A stretch of 32,000 nt of DNA from Kistimonas asteriae (lineage in GTDB: Bacteria; Pseudomonadota; Gammaproteobacteria; Pseudomonadales; Endozoicomonadaceae), in NCBI RefSeq assembly GCF_018263925.1, contig NZ_JAEVHF010000011.1, forward strand, positions 66,119-98,118. Direction: 5' to 3'. A model generated the notes under the pieces. The model was given only the letters and a program-made list of their open reading frames with translations. It was not told where the DNA came from and searched no databases. The position numbers and the translations under genes are program-made. Each line of letters starts with the position of its first letter. Within the stretch, counting starts at the first letter, position 1. Below are positions 24,136-32,000 of this stretch, piece by piece.

Positions 24136-25377
24136 ATGCAAAATAATATTACGGTTCTTGGCGCTGGCATGATAGGCACCTGCTGTGCAATACAGCTGGC
24201 AGAACGGGGTTATTCCGTCACGCTGATTGACAGGCAGCGACCCGGGCACGGCACCTCCTATGGCAATGCCGGCCTGATCAACCGGGGCTCTGTGTTTCCG
24301 CTGGGTATGAACGAATTGGTACACCACCTGTTTCCAGCCCTGCTTAAGCAGACACCCCATGTTCATGTCCACCTACGCCACCTGCCCACGTATTGGCGCT
24401 GGCTCGTCACTTTGATCAAAAACAGCCGTACCCGTTTAGCCTATCAAAACACGGTGATTTCGCTTGATGCACTGTTTCAACATTCTCTGGACGAACATAA
24501 GCGATTACTGCTTAAAGCCAACGCCTGGGACATGCTGCTCGAGGGCGGCTGGCTGAAACTCTACCAACATGAAGACGCCTTTCAGGACAGCCATCGCGAA
24601 AGAACCTTTTATGATCAGCTGGCCATACAGTACGACATCCTTTCCCCCTCGCAGATTAGCGAGCTAGAGCCCGCCATCCTCCCAAGTTACGCCAAAGGGA
24701 TACTGATTAAGGACACCGCCTCTTTGTCAGACCCCTGTGCCGTCGTTAACCGTTATGTTGACCTGTTGCTGTCACTGGGGGGCAAATACCTTCAGAGAGA
24801 CATCCAACGACTGATTCCACACCATCAAGCCTACACAGTGGAAACGACACAGGAAACATTCGAAACCGACCAGGTCATTCTGGCTATGGGCCCATGGAGT
24901 GACAACCTGCTTCAGCCACTGGGTTACCACTATCCCATGGCCTGGGAACGAGGTTACCACCAGCACTATCAACCAGAAGATGGTTGTCGTTTGAATCGTC
25001 CCATCTACGATGTCGAAGGGGGTTTTGTTATCGCTCCCATGGTACAGGGACTTCGCTTAACCACCGGGATAGAGCTCACCCACCGTGATGCACCCGCCTC
25101 TCCCCGCCAACTACAGCAGGCAGCATTGGCAGCACTACGCTGCCTTCCCCTTGGAAACCCGATAGGTGACACATGGCACGGCAGTCGTCCCTCCATGCCT
25201 GATAGCTTGCCGGTGATCGGTGCAGCCCCCAAGCATCCCGGCCTGTGGTTTGCGTTTGGCCATGGTCATGTCGGGATTGGCACCGGCGCTCTTACTGGGC
25301 GGTTACTGGCAGAACAGATCAGCAACGAAAAACCACTCATCGATATGACACCGTTTTCCCCCTTGCGGTTTCTGTAA
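24136..25377 (+). CDS. FAD-dependent oxidoreductase, DAO family (D-amino-acid dehydrogenase-like)
   Basis: 413 aa with N-terminal dinucleotide fold ITVLGAGMIGTCCAIQLAERGYSVTLIDR followed by TSYGNAGLI. C-terminal GHGHVGIGTGALTGRLLAE is typical of DadA/DAO-type flavoproteins. Confidence 0.8.
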   Translation: MQNNITVLGAGMIGTCCAIQLAERGYSVTLIDRQRPGHGTSYGNAGLINRGSVFPLGMNELVHHLFPALLKQTPHVHVHLRHLPTYWRWLVTLIKNSRTRLAYQNTVISLDALFQHSLDEHKRLLLKANAWDMLLEGGWLKLYQHEDAFQDSHRERTFYDQLAIQYDILSPSQISELEPAILPSYAKGILIKDTASLSDPCAVVNRYVDLLLSLGGKYLQRDIQRLIPHHQAYTVETTQETFETDQVILAMGPWSDNLLQPLGYHYPMAWERGYHQHYQPEDGCRLNRPIYDVEGGFVIAPMVQGLRLTTGIELTHRDAPASPRQLQQAALAALRCLPLGNPIGDTWHGSRPSMPDSLPVIGAAPKHPGLWFAFGHGHVGIGTGALTGRLLAEQISNEKPLIDMTPFSPLRFL

Positions 25378-25403
25378 CCCGCACACCCACTGCTCATTAT
25401 TTG

Positions 25404-25448
25404 TGCACCATCGTTCAATTTATATACACTGTGTTAACGATTGGTGCA
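25404..25448. repeat. Imperfect inverted repeat between the oxidoreductase gene and the esterase gene
   Basis: TGCACCATCGTT (25404-25415) pairs with AACGATTGGTGCA (25436-25448) with one bulged base. GTGCA(CC)ATCGTTC also recurs as a direct repeat at 25444-25454. Confidence 0.35.
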
Positions 25449-25593
25449 TCGTTCGCCCTGCCGAACACCACAACCGTGCACATCACCCATGATGATTAAC
25501 CAATCGACGCCGTAGCGATCCGTAATAAAGGAGTAGTCACCCAGCAGTCATTACGAATGAAGTACCCACGATAACAATGAGAGAGGGTATGAC

Positions 25594-27048
25594 ATGCAAT
25601 TCCGCACAAGAGCACTGAGTACAACCATCCTTACACTGCTTATGCTGTTTGGCAGTCTTCCAGCCCATGCCGAAGAGGGCGATTATTCCTGGTGGCGCAG
25701 TTTTCTGAATCTGTTTAATCCACCGGGTGCTGACAATCCCGTAAACGACAGTGATACCCAGGGAATGTATCCTTTGGCAAAACCGGAATCCGGTTTCAAC
25801 GACGGCTATGATCCCAAGCGCTATTATGCGTGGCAAAAAATTGAGGTACCGGTCAGCACCGGAGCAGTCTGTGGGAATGGCTCGCCCTACAAGTTCTTTG
25901 TCAGTACGGTGCCCAATACCAAAAACACCCTGATCTACATGGAAGGCGGTGGCGCCTGCTGGGACTACGAGAGCTGCTCCGGACAATCCGGCATACGTGG
26001 CGCACGGAATCCCAACGGAATTCCGGATAACTATATGGAAGTGCTGGATCCAACCACCATCATCAATACCGGTTCCATCGCGCAGGTGGCTGTGACACCG
26101 TTTATTTTCCGAGCGCATCCCTGGGATCGAGTGAAAACCCAGAACTGGAATCTGGTTTATATCCCTTACTGTACCGGTGATATCTACGTCGGTGACAAGG
26201 CGGCGGTTTACCAGGATCCCAAGGGGGAAAAACCCGATCTGGTCTGGCTGCACAATGGAATCAAAAATACCCGCTCAGTGATCACCTGGTTAAAAAATAA
26301 TTTACCCAGACCAACGCAAATGATGACGGCAGGATGTAGCGCAGGCAGTGTCGGTGCCCTGCTGAACTATATGCACCTGCGTGAGGACATGGCGCCCACC
26401 AGAAGCTATCTGTTTGACGACTCCGGCCCTGTATTCCAAGCGCCATACAGCAGCAGCGACTCGGCAACCTATCCACAACTGCCACTCCAGAAAACAATCA
26501 TTGACGCCTGGACCACATGGACACCAAACGGCGGCCCGATGGATGAAAATCCACTCAATGCGCTTCTGGAGCGTTATTCGGCATTTGATACCAATGACTG
26601 GTCGTCCATCTACAGCAGCCTTGCCAATCGCTTCCCATCGGACCGTCTGGGCATGACGCATTTCCTGGATGACGCTAACTATTCCTCTTACTCCTATGAG
26701 CGTTTTTATGAGGATATCTACAATGATCCGGATGCCACCTCACGGCTGGAAAAAATCAAGACACTCTGGCAACAGGATACGTTTGACAACCTGATCCCCC
26801 TGCTGGATCAGACCCATAACTGGGGATACTACTTCCCGAGATACCGGAACGTGAACGAATCCCACTGCACTTCCATCATTGAATTCGGCAATGCCGATAT
26901 TCAGGAACAGAATCTGGTTCTGAAGGATTTTGTGAATAACATCATGGACGGTAACGGTCCCCTGATGCGTGCCCATGAAACCGATGAAGTCAGTGATTAC
27001 CAGAAGCCTTTCAACCTGCTGTACTGGCTGGTAGGTCAACTGCTCTAA
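25594..27048 (+). CDS. Secreted pectin-acetylesterase / Notum-family alpha/beta hydrolase
   Basis: 484 aa with signal peptide MQFRTRALSTTILTLLMLFGSLPAHA. Family-typical blocks: LIYMEGGGACWDYESCSG, YIPYCTGDIYVGD, and the nucleophile elbow MMTAGCSAGSVGA. Confidence 0.75.
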   Translation: MQFRTRALSTTILTLLMLFGSLPAHAEEGDYSWWRSFLNLFNPPGADNPVNDSDTQGMYPLAKPESGFNDGYDPKRYYAWQKIEVPVSTGAVCGNGSPYKFFVSTVPNTKNTLIYMEGGGACWDYESCSGQSGIRGARNPNGIPDNYMEVLDPTTIINTGSIAQVAVTPFIFRAHPWDRVKTQNWNLVYIPYCTGDIYVGDKAAVYQDPKGEKPDLVWLHNGIKNTRSVITWLKNNLPRPTQMMTAGCSAGSVGALLNYMHLREDMAPTRSYLFDDSGPVFQAPYSSSDSATYPQLPLQKTIIDAWTTWTPNGGPMDENPLNALLERYSAFDTNDWSSIYSSLANRFPSDRLGMTHFLDDANYSSYSYERFYEDIYNDPDATSRLEKIKTLWQQDTFDNLIPLLDQTHNWGYYFPRYRNVNESHCTSIIEFGNADIQEQNLVLKDFVNNIMDGNGPLMRAHETDEVSDYQKPFNLLYWLVGQLL

Positions 27049-27057
27049 CGATTGGCT

Positions 27058-27079
27058 GCCGGACGATAACGTCCGGCAC
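27058..27079. terminator. GC-rich hairpin between convergent genes
   Basis: TGCCGGACG (27058-27066), loop ATAA, CGTCCGGCA (27071-27079). No U-tract. Confidence 0.45.
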
Positions 27080-27108
27080 TGCCTGTGCCCTTACCCTCTT
27101 ATGCCGAA

Positions 27109-27738
27109 CTACTGCGCATACACGTTTTCACGCAACGCCTGCAGTTTCTTCGCCAGATAGCGTGAACGACTTTGCTCATCAGGAAACTGCTCCATGGTCA
27201 TCACTTCTTTGACCAGTTCTGCTTCCAGTGTCTTATATTCCTGAAACTGTGGATTATCCGTTGGATCCTGTTGTTGCAGTGCTCCGGCCTGAACGGAAGC
27301 TTCAATAAGACGGGCGGCTTTTTCCTTGAGAACATCGGTATCAGTTTCTGTCTGGTTCAACCATGCCAGCTTCAGGAACAAGGATTCACCGGCTGAGATT
27401 TCAGCGCGCTCTGCCATAGTAGTAATATCGGTCATAACCTGTTCAGCATCGGTCTTTTCACCATTAAAAAAACCGATGACATTGTCATACTGCTGCTGAC
27501 GCGACATGAGTTGCTGATAAGCCCTTTCCGCTTCTTCCGGGCTGACACCGGCTTCCTGGGCAACCGTTGTCCAGTTAAATGCGACATCGGGGGATTCATC
27601 GGCCTCTTCAGATGTCTGACCCCTTTCAACAGTCAGATTGGAAGCATCAAGCGCAGGTTCAGGCAGTAACAACTGCCAGCCCGCTACCATCATCACCAGT
27701 AATACCAGAAATCCTGTTATTCTTGTCTTCATTGTCAT
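27109..27738 (-). CDS. N-terminally membrane-anchored, Q/E-rich helical protein of unknown function
   Basis: 209 aa with a single N-terminal TM (ITGFLVLLVMMVAGWQLLL). The remainder is predicted helical and acidic. No motif I can assign firmly. Confidence 0.6.
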   Translation of the reverse strand: MTMKTRITGFLVLLVMMVAGWQLLLPEPALDASNLTVERGQTSEEADESPDVAFNWTTVAQEAGVSPEEAERAYQQLMSRQQQYDNVIGFFNGEKTDAEQVMTDITTMAERAEISAGESLFLKLAWLNQTETDTDVLKEKAARLIEASVQAGALQQQDPTDNPQFQEYKTLEAELVKEVMTMEQFPDEQSRSRYLAKKLQALRENVYAQ

Positions 27739-27834
27739 CTGCCTGCAGGTATCAGATTATTGTTGTTAAGGTAACGAACAGCAATGACAGCATTTATCCA
27801 CACTACAAAGATCACTGGACAGATGGCAAGTAAG

Positions 27835-27866
27835 AAATACAAAAGCGGCTATCTTCAGCCGCTTTT
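27835..27866 (-). terminator. Rho-independent terminator of gltS
   Basis: AAAAGCGGCT (27841-27850), loop ATCTTC, AGCCGCTTTT (27857-27866). On the minus strand the stem ends in TTTT and is followed by GTATTTCTT. Confidence 0.65.
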
Positions 27867-27900
27867 CAGGGAAACCGCACAACTCGTTAACGATGCATAT

Positions 27901-29100
27901 TCATACCAGCAGGTCCATAAACAGACGGATCACAACGCTGTTAACAATATCAATAAAGAACGCTCCCGCCAGTGGCACGACGATAAAGGCTTTGGGTGAC
28001 GCACCGTAGTGTTGTGTCACTGCAGTCATATTCGCCATGGCATTCGGTGTTGCGCCCAGACCGATACCGACCATACCGGAACTCATCACGGCGGCATCGA
28101 AATTCCGGCCCAGCAATCGATAAACGACAAACCATGTAAATGTCAGCATCAGGCATGTCTGGACCATTAGCAGGATAAACAATGGCCCAGCCATGCTGGC
28201 GAGAGTCCAGAGCTGCATGCTCATTAGCGACATCGCCAGAAACAATCCCAGGCAAACATCACTGATCACCGCCAAGGAAGGCACGGTTGACGACCACTGT
28301 TGTTTACGGAAAACCTTGGGAATCAAATTAGTGACCAATATGCCGGCAAACAGACACCCGACAAACTCCGGGATCTGAATTCCCTGACTCACCAGAAAGC
28401 GGGCACTTGTCGCACCAGCCACCATGGCCAATACCAACGTAAACAAGGCTAACAGGGTATTTTCCGCATCAATCGGTTCATGTTCCTCGTTATAGCGGCT
28501 ACCGATCGTGATATGTTCTTTGCTGCTCGACTTAAGGCGATTGATGCGAATCAACCGTTCGGCCAACGGGCCGCCGGTAAATCCACCCAGTACCAGACCA
28601 AACGTGGCACAAACGGTGCCCAGCTCCATGGCATTGGTAATCCCGTATTTCTCAAACACCGGCGCCCAGGCGATCGCCGTACCATGCCCGCCACTCAGAG
28701 AGACCGAGCCGCTGATCAGCCCAATCAATGGATCAAGCCCCAGCAGGCTGGCAATCGTGACACCGACGGTATTCTGGAACAGCAACGCCAATATCAGCAA
28801 CCCCAGGAAAATCACCAGTGTTCTGCCACCCTGTACCAGGGTATCCACCTTGGCAGATAGCCCAAGGCTGGTGAAAAACGCCAGCAACAGGGAATCGCGC
28901 AAGGTGGTGTCAAACAGAACATCCACCCCTTCAACGGCATGAAACAGACCCAGGATCATGGAGGCAAACAACCCGCCCGTCACCGGCTCGGGAATATCAT
29001 AATTACGGAAAAAAGGGACGCGTCGGTTAATGAACTTGCCGATAAACAGCACCAGAATTGCAATCAGCAGTGTCCTGTGGGTAGACAGCTCAACTACCAA
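27901..29100 (-). CDS. gltS: Sodium/glutamate symporter GltS
   Basis: 399 aa, collinear with E. coli GltS: IPEPV(T/A)GGL, LRD.L(L/M)LAFF, LLGLDPL.GL..GS..LSGGHGT, CATFGLVLGG..GGP, NYDAAV....G.GLGATP.A.ANM.A(V/I)T, VVP..GAFFIDIVN. TTG start preceded by AAGGAG with a 6-nt spacer. Confidence 0.95.
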   Translation of the reverse strand: MVVELSTHRTLLIAILVLFIGKFINRRVPFFRNYDIPEPVTGGLFASMILGLFHAVEGVDVLFDTTLRDSLLLAFFTSLGLSAKVDTLVQGGRTLVIFLGLLILALLFQNTVGVTIASLLGLDPLIGLISGSVSLSGGHGTAIAWAPVFEKYGITNAMELGTVCATFGLVLGGFTGGPLAERLIRINRLKSSSKEHITIGSRYNEEHEPIDAENTLLALFTLVLAMVAGATSARFLVSQGIQIPEFVGCLFAGILVTNLIPKVFRKQQWSSTVPSLAVISDVCLGLFLAMSLMSMQLWTLASMAGPLFILLMVQTCLMLTFTWFVVYRLLGRNFDAAVMSSGMVGIGLGATPNAMANMTAVTQHYGASPKAFIVVPLAGAFFIDIVNSVVIRLFMDLLV

Positions 29101-29395
29101 ACCAGACTCCTTTATCAGATGGAAAAGGCTGGTCGTCTGCCAGCACTCCCTCCCGACAGTGTTCAGTCGCCTGCGCAGTCTGGGCGGGCATCACTCATGG
29201 GAACACCGAAAGATTGTGCAGATAAACAACGCTCACTGTGCACAAACCATGATCAGGCTCGGGGAATTTACGGGAATGGAAACAAAGTACCAGGAAAAAA
29301 GGCTGGCAACGCTAACACACAGTAGGACACGTGTCATTGCTTTCCATGGTAACGACTATAGACCCGTTATCATGGTTTAGCTGGCTTGGACCGCT

Positions 29396-29420
29396 AAAAA
29401 AGCCGGATAAATCCGGCTTT
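29396..29420 (-). terminator. Rho-independent terminator of the Tim44-like gene
   Basis: AGCCGGA (29401-29407), loop TAAA, TCCGGCT (29412-29418). On the minus strand the stem is followed by TTTTTT (complement of 29396-29400 plus the adjacent base). Confidence 0.8.
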
Positions 29421-29443
29421 CTCATTGTTTGAATCCGTCAGGA

Positions 29444-30406
29444 TCAGCCTTCGATACCAACAATCAACCAGGGTGCATTGGGCTGATTGATATCCCGCTC
29501 CAGGTGCCAGATATCGTGAATATCATCTTCCGTCCCTTCGGCAGTATCCCGATAACGGCCACTGAAACGGATACTGACCTGCGCCTTGCCGGACAGGGTG
29601 TCGGCACGCACCAGATCAGCATCCACATACATCACTTCGGTGTACTGGTCACCCGCAAGCGATTGTCTCTCCTGTACCAACTGCTCAAAGAGCTCTGGCG
29701 CCAGGTATTCCCGCAGGACGCTCTGGTCATTGCGGTTCCAGGCTTCCTGCAGGGTACGGTAATGCTCACGGGCGCCTTTCAGGAAAGCAGTCAGATCGAA
29801 ACCCGGCGGCAGGCTCATGGGGACATCACTGTCTGAAAATCCCTGCCCTATTTCGGAAACAGGTGTATTGCTGCCACCCGCCAGTCGCTCGGTATCAAAA
29901 CTGGCATCCTGAGCGGTATAACGGTTATCCATTGGAGCACCCATCGTGCTGCCAAACGGGCTGGACGGTGTATGTCCGGCGAAAGCCGCACGGCGTTTCA
30001 TATTCCGGAACAGGACAAAAAGGCCAAATGCCAGCAAACCGATGATCAGGAAATCCATGATCTGCAGTCCGTTAAACGCCCCACCGCCGAATAGCGAGGC
30101 CAGCAAACCACCTGCCAGCATACCGCCCAGCAATCCGCCCCACAGGCCGCGATTAGAGGACTTCTGCGTGCCCTGCGCCGACTGCTGCGAAGATTTCTGT
30201 GCATTCTGGGTGGTTGTCGATTTCTGGCTATTCTGGGAATTGCCAAACAACCCACTGCCCGGCTGGCTCTTGCTGGGCGCCGGCGCCGTCTTGAACGACT
30301 TGCCGAAGCTCTTGCTGCCACCGAATTTCTTGGCTTCCACCATAGGAGCGGAAATCATCAAGGTGGCGGCCAGGAAAACGGTGAACAATGTTGTTATACG
30401 CTTCAT
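29444..30406 (-). CDS. Tim44-like domain-containing membrane protein
   Basis: 320 aa with signal peptide MKRITTLFTVFLAATLMISAPMVEA. This is followed by a Q/S/K-rich low-complexity region, a Gly-rich TM (LWGGLLGGMLAGGLLASLFGGG) and a second TM. The C-terminal ~140 aa (FLKGAREHYRTLQEAWNRND...WHLERD...PWLIVGIE) is typical of the bacterial Tim44-like domain. Confidence 0.75.
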   Translation of the reverse strand: MKRITTLFTVFLAATLMISAPMVEAKKFGGSKSFGKSFKTAPAPSKSQPGSGLFGNSQNSQKSTTTQNAQKSSQQSAQGTQKSSNRGLWGGLLGGMLAGGLLASLFGGGAFNGLQIMDFLIIGLLAFGLFVLFRNMKRRAAFAGHTPSSPFGSTMGAPMDNRYTAQDASFDTERLAGGSNTPVSEIGQGFSDSDVPMSLPPGFDLTAFLKGAREHYRTLQEAWNRNDQSVLREYLAPELFEQLVQERQSLAGDQYTEVMYVDADLVRADTLSGKAQVSIRFSGRYRDTAEGTEDDIHDIWHLERDINQPNAPWLIVGIEG

Positions 30407-30520
30407 GGTGCTCTGTTACTCACTGAACCAGAGTCGCCATGCTATGAGGTTTGCATATTTTTTCAACGTTTTTTACAGATAAACGATGTTGACCCGCTCG
30501 TCACACACGGAACCCTGCTA

Positions 30521-31384
30521 TCAAGCAACATCCGCATTGAGTAATGCTAAAAATGACGGAACCTCCCGCAAGTTCCTGAATGCATCCTCATTATCCAGTT
30601 CGTCTTTCAACGCCGGTGATTTTTCAATAGCGATCGTGATATCACGCACAGCAGCCTCCTGCTGGCCCAGCTCTGCCTCGGCGCAGGCCCGTTGCCAGTA
30701 AGCCAGTGGATACTCCGCATCGTGTTCAATGGCCTGATTTGAGAGTGACAACGCCCAGCGGGTTTCGCCCAGGTCCATCAATACATCCGCCTTGTAAGTC
30801 AGTGCTTCCACGTCTTCGGGGTGAATTTCCAGAATCTGGTCATAAATGTTGACCTGCTCATGCGGGCTGGATTCCAGCCCCGCCCGCATCCAGAGTGAGT
30901 GAATCTGATTCGTTTCCGAGATCTTTTCCTGTGCGGCAATAATCTGATCCGAACGCACCTTGAGTTTGTGCTCCACATCATGCAGCCTTTGCTCATATTC
31001 ACCGGTCAGTTTGGAGACCTTGCGCTCAACCGTCGCCTCAACGTTTTCCTGGACTTCGCGCAGGGAACGCCAGCCCAGCAAGACCAGAATGGAAGCCGCC
31101 CCGGTGATGATAAAAAAGATATTGTTGGTGGTGTCCGTGGTATAGCGCATGGCGCGATCCGAGGCGTCCAGCCGGGCTTCCGCCACTTTTTCCGCCATCT
31201 CTGCCCGCATAGACTGCAACTGCTGACGCAACAGTTTCAGCTCATCCAGTATGTAACGCTCAATAAACGGCTTGTAGAGGGGTTCATCAATGGGTTCAAC
31301 TACAGGAGTTTGCTCTTGTGCATGTACATTACCCAGCGTAATCAGGATAAGCGTCAGGGTTGCCAGCAGAGAGTGTTTGATCAT
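30521..31384 (-). CDS. Signal-peptide / TM protein with coiled-coil and C-terminal TPR-like repeats
   Basis: 287 aa containing MIKHSLLATLTLILITLGNVHA, an internal TM (IFFIITGAASILVLLGW), and TPR-like pairs (ALTYKADVLMDLGETRWALSLSNQAIEHD, PLAYWQRACAEAELGQQEAAVRDITIAIE). Confidence 0.6.
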   Translation of the reverse strand: MIKHSLLATLTLILITLGNVHAQEQTPVVEPIDEPLYKPFIERYILDELKLLRQQLQSMRAEMAEKVAEARLDASDRAMRYTTDTTNNIFFIITGAASILVLLGWRSLREVQENVEATVERKVSKLTGEYEQRLHDVEHKLKVRSDQIIAAQEKISETNQIHSLWMRAGLESSPHEQVNIYDQILEIHPEDVEALTYKADVLMDLGETRWALSLSNQAIEHDAEYPLAYWQRACAEAELGQQEAAVRDITIAIEKSPALKDELDNEDAFRNLREVPSFLALLNADVA

Positions 31385-31708
31385 GTCAGGCCTATTCCTT
31401 CAGTCCATAAAATACAGCCTAGAACGCCTGTTCAAATTAAAAAGGCTTTTCCTGTCACGGCATGAAGATTAACGTCGTATCTGCCAAAAATTCAGTGTTC
31501 GAATCCACCCCTGTTATCTTTTAGTCTCATTTTTAACCTTATCCGTCTAACGTTATCGTGACAGAGAAACACCACGGAACCGGTGCGATATGTCGCACTC
31601 TAGTCACGCGAAACCGCTCTGTTCTTGCTGTCACCAGACTGCCCCCGTTAATATCAGCTATGTTTTCGGCCATTTTCATGGTCTGCGATCATTTCCGAGG
31701 ACGATCTC

Positions 31709-32000
31709 TTGCACGTACATATTCTGGGTATCTGTGGCACCTTCATGGGCAGCCTGGCGCTCCTGGCCAGGGAGCTGGGCATTCATGTCACCGGTTCGGA
31801 CCAGAACGTCTACCCCCCCATGAGCACCCAGCTGGAAGAGCAGGGCATTGCACTGGTGGAAGGCTACAACCCGGAACAGTTCAATCCCCGTCCCGACCTC
31901 GTTGTGATCGGGAATGCCATGTCCCGCGGCAACCCAGCCGTCGAGTTTGTACTGAACGAAGGGATTCCCTATACCTCCGGCCCCCGGTTCATGGCTGACC
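31709..32000 (+). CDS. mpl: UDP-N-acetylmuramate:L-alanyl-gamma-D-glutamyl-meso-diaminopimelate ligase (murein peptide ligase), 5' partial
   Basis: Absent from the ORF track because it is open at the right edge. Hand translation from TTG 31709 (GAGGA lies 7 nt upstream; an in-frame TAA at 31649-31651 limits any extension) gives (M)HVHILGICGTFMGSLALLARELGIHVTGSDQNVYPPMSTQLEEQGIALVEGY...DLVVIGNAMSRGNPAVEFVLNEGIPYTSGP. This is nearly collinear with the E. coli Mpl N terminus. Confidence 0.9.
   Translation, partial: MHVHILGICGTFMGSLALLARELGIHVTGSDQNVYPPMSTQLEEQGIALVEGYNPEQFNPRPDLVVIGNAMSRGNPAVEFVLNEGIPYTSGPRFMAD

Noticed and set aside
25537-26253. 238-aa minus-strand ORF
   Set aside because: It is antisense to the 5' half of the pectin-acetylesterase-family gene, which has a signal peptide and family motifs. 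This is a shadow ORF.
29946-31465. Plus-strand ORFs 29946..30482 (178 aa) and 30899..31465 (188 aa), and minus-strand ORF 30046..30321
   Set aside because: The plus-strand ORFs are antisense to the Tim44-like and TPR genes, and 30046..30321 lies in another frame of the Tim44-like gene. Their compositions (Pro/Arg/Ser runs) are typical of off-frame translation.
31491-31512. GTGTTCGAATCCACCCC, which resembles a tRNA T-loop (GTTCGAATC) and could be a tRNA gene or an att-site remnant
   Set aside because: The flanking bases do not form a 5-bp T-stem (CAGTG versus CCACC). I could fold no acceptor, D or anticodon arms upstream, and no integrase or islet adjoins it.
31558-31998. 146-aa and 77-aa plus-strand ORFs at the right edge
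   Set aside because: They are out of frame with the hand-translated mpl reading frame (TTG 31709), which matches the E. coli Mpl N terminus almost residue for residue.
1-32000. Window-wide look for CRISPR arrays, IS elements, integrases, rRNA/tRNA genes and known defence-system signatures
   Set aside because: I saw no regularly spaced direct repeats, no transposase or recombinase-like ORF, and no structured RNA gene. The two AT-rich islets lack recognisable mobility genes or flanking direct repeats detectable by eye.

Overview
Chromosomal segment of a roughly 50% GC gammaproteobacterium. The gene content (TonB2/TtpC-type energy transducer, GltS, HrpB, Mpl, MgsA) fits a marine Vibrio/Oceanospirillales-like organism, but the taxon is inference only. 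I call 28 protein-coding genes. Two are cut by the window edges and missing from the ORF track, and I recovered them by hand translation. There are also several intergenic hairpins/terminators. I see no rRNA, tRNA, CRISPR array, transposase or integrase. Left to right: two co-oriented multidomain sensor kinases (1-5056, minus); an RmlD-like protein that seems to lack the catalytic YxxxK; OmpW; a complete six-gene TonB2-type cluster (DUF3450/TtpB, TtpC, ExbB, ExbD, TonB, TPR/TtpD) followed 13 nt later by hrpB; tag; AT-rich islet 1 (15.4-17.4 kb); an orphan parA-like ATPase; yjjP/yjjB-like exporter pair; mgsA; a probably PPi-dependent phosphofructokinase; AT-rich islet 2 (21.6-24.1 kb); a DAO-family FAD oxidoreductase; a secreted pectin-acetylesterase/Notum-family hydrolase; a membrane-anchored helical protein; gltS; a Tim44-like protein; a TPR membrane protein; and the 5' end of mpl. 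The best candidate for something undescribed is islet 1. It holds two diverged tandem copies of a ~1014-bp module. Each copy encodes a 153-aa signal-peptide protein with two conserved cysteines and a C-terminal CPDP, from a family I do not recognise. Each also has a well-conserved upstream element that reads on the opposite strand as GGAG, an 8-nt spacer, then ATG and a micro-ORF starting M-x-L-I-L-P-(D/E). Islet 2 carries an orphan secreted 399-aa protein convergent with an orphan, very acidic 272-aa cytoplasmic protein. All functional calls rest on my own recognition of motifs and remembered reference sequences; no database search was possible.
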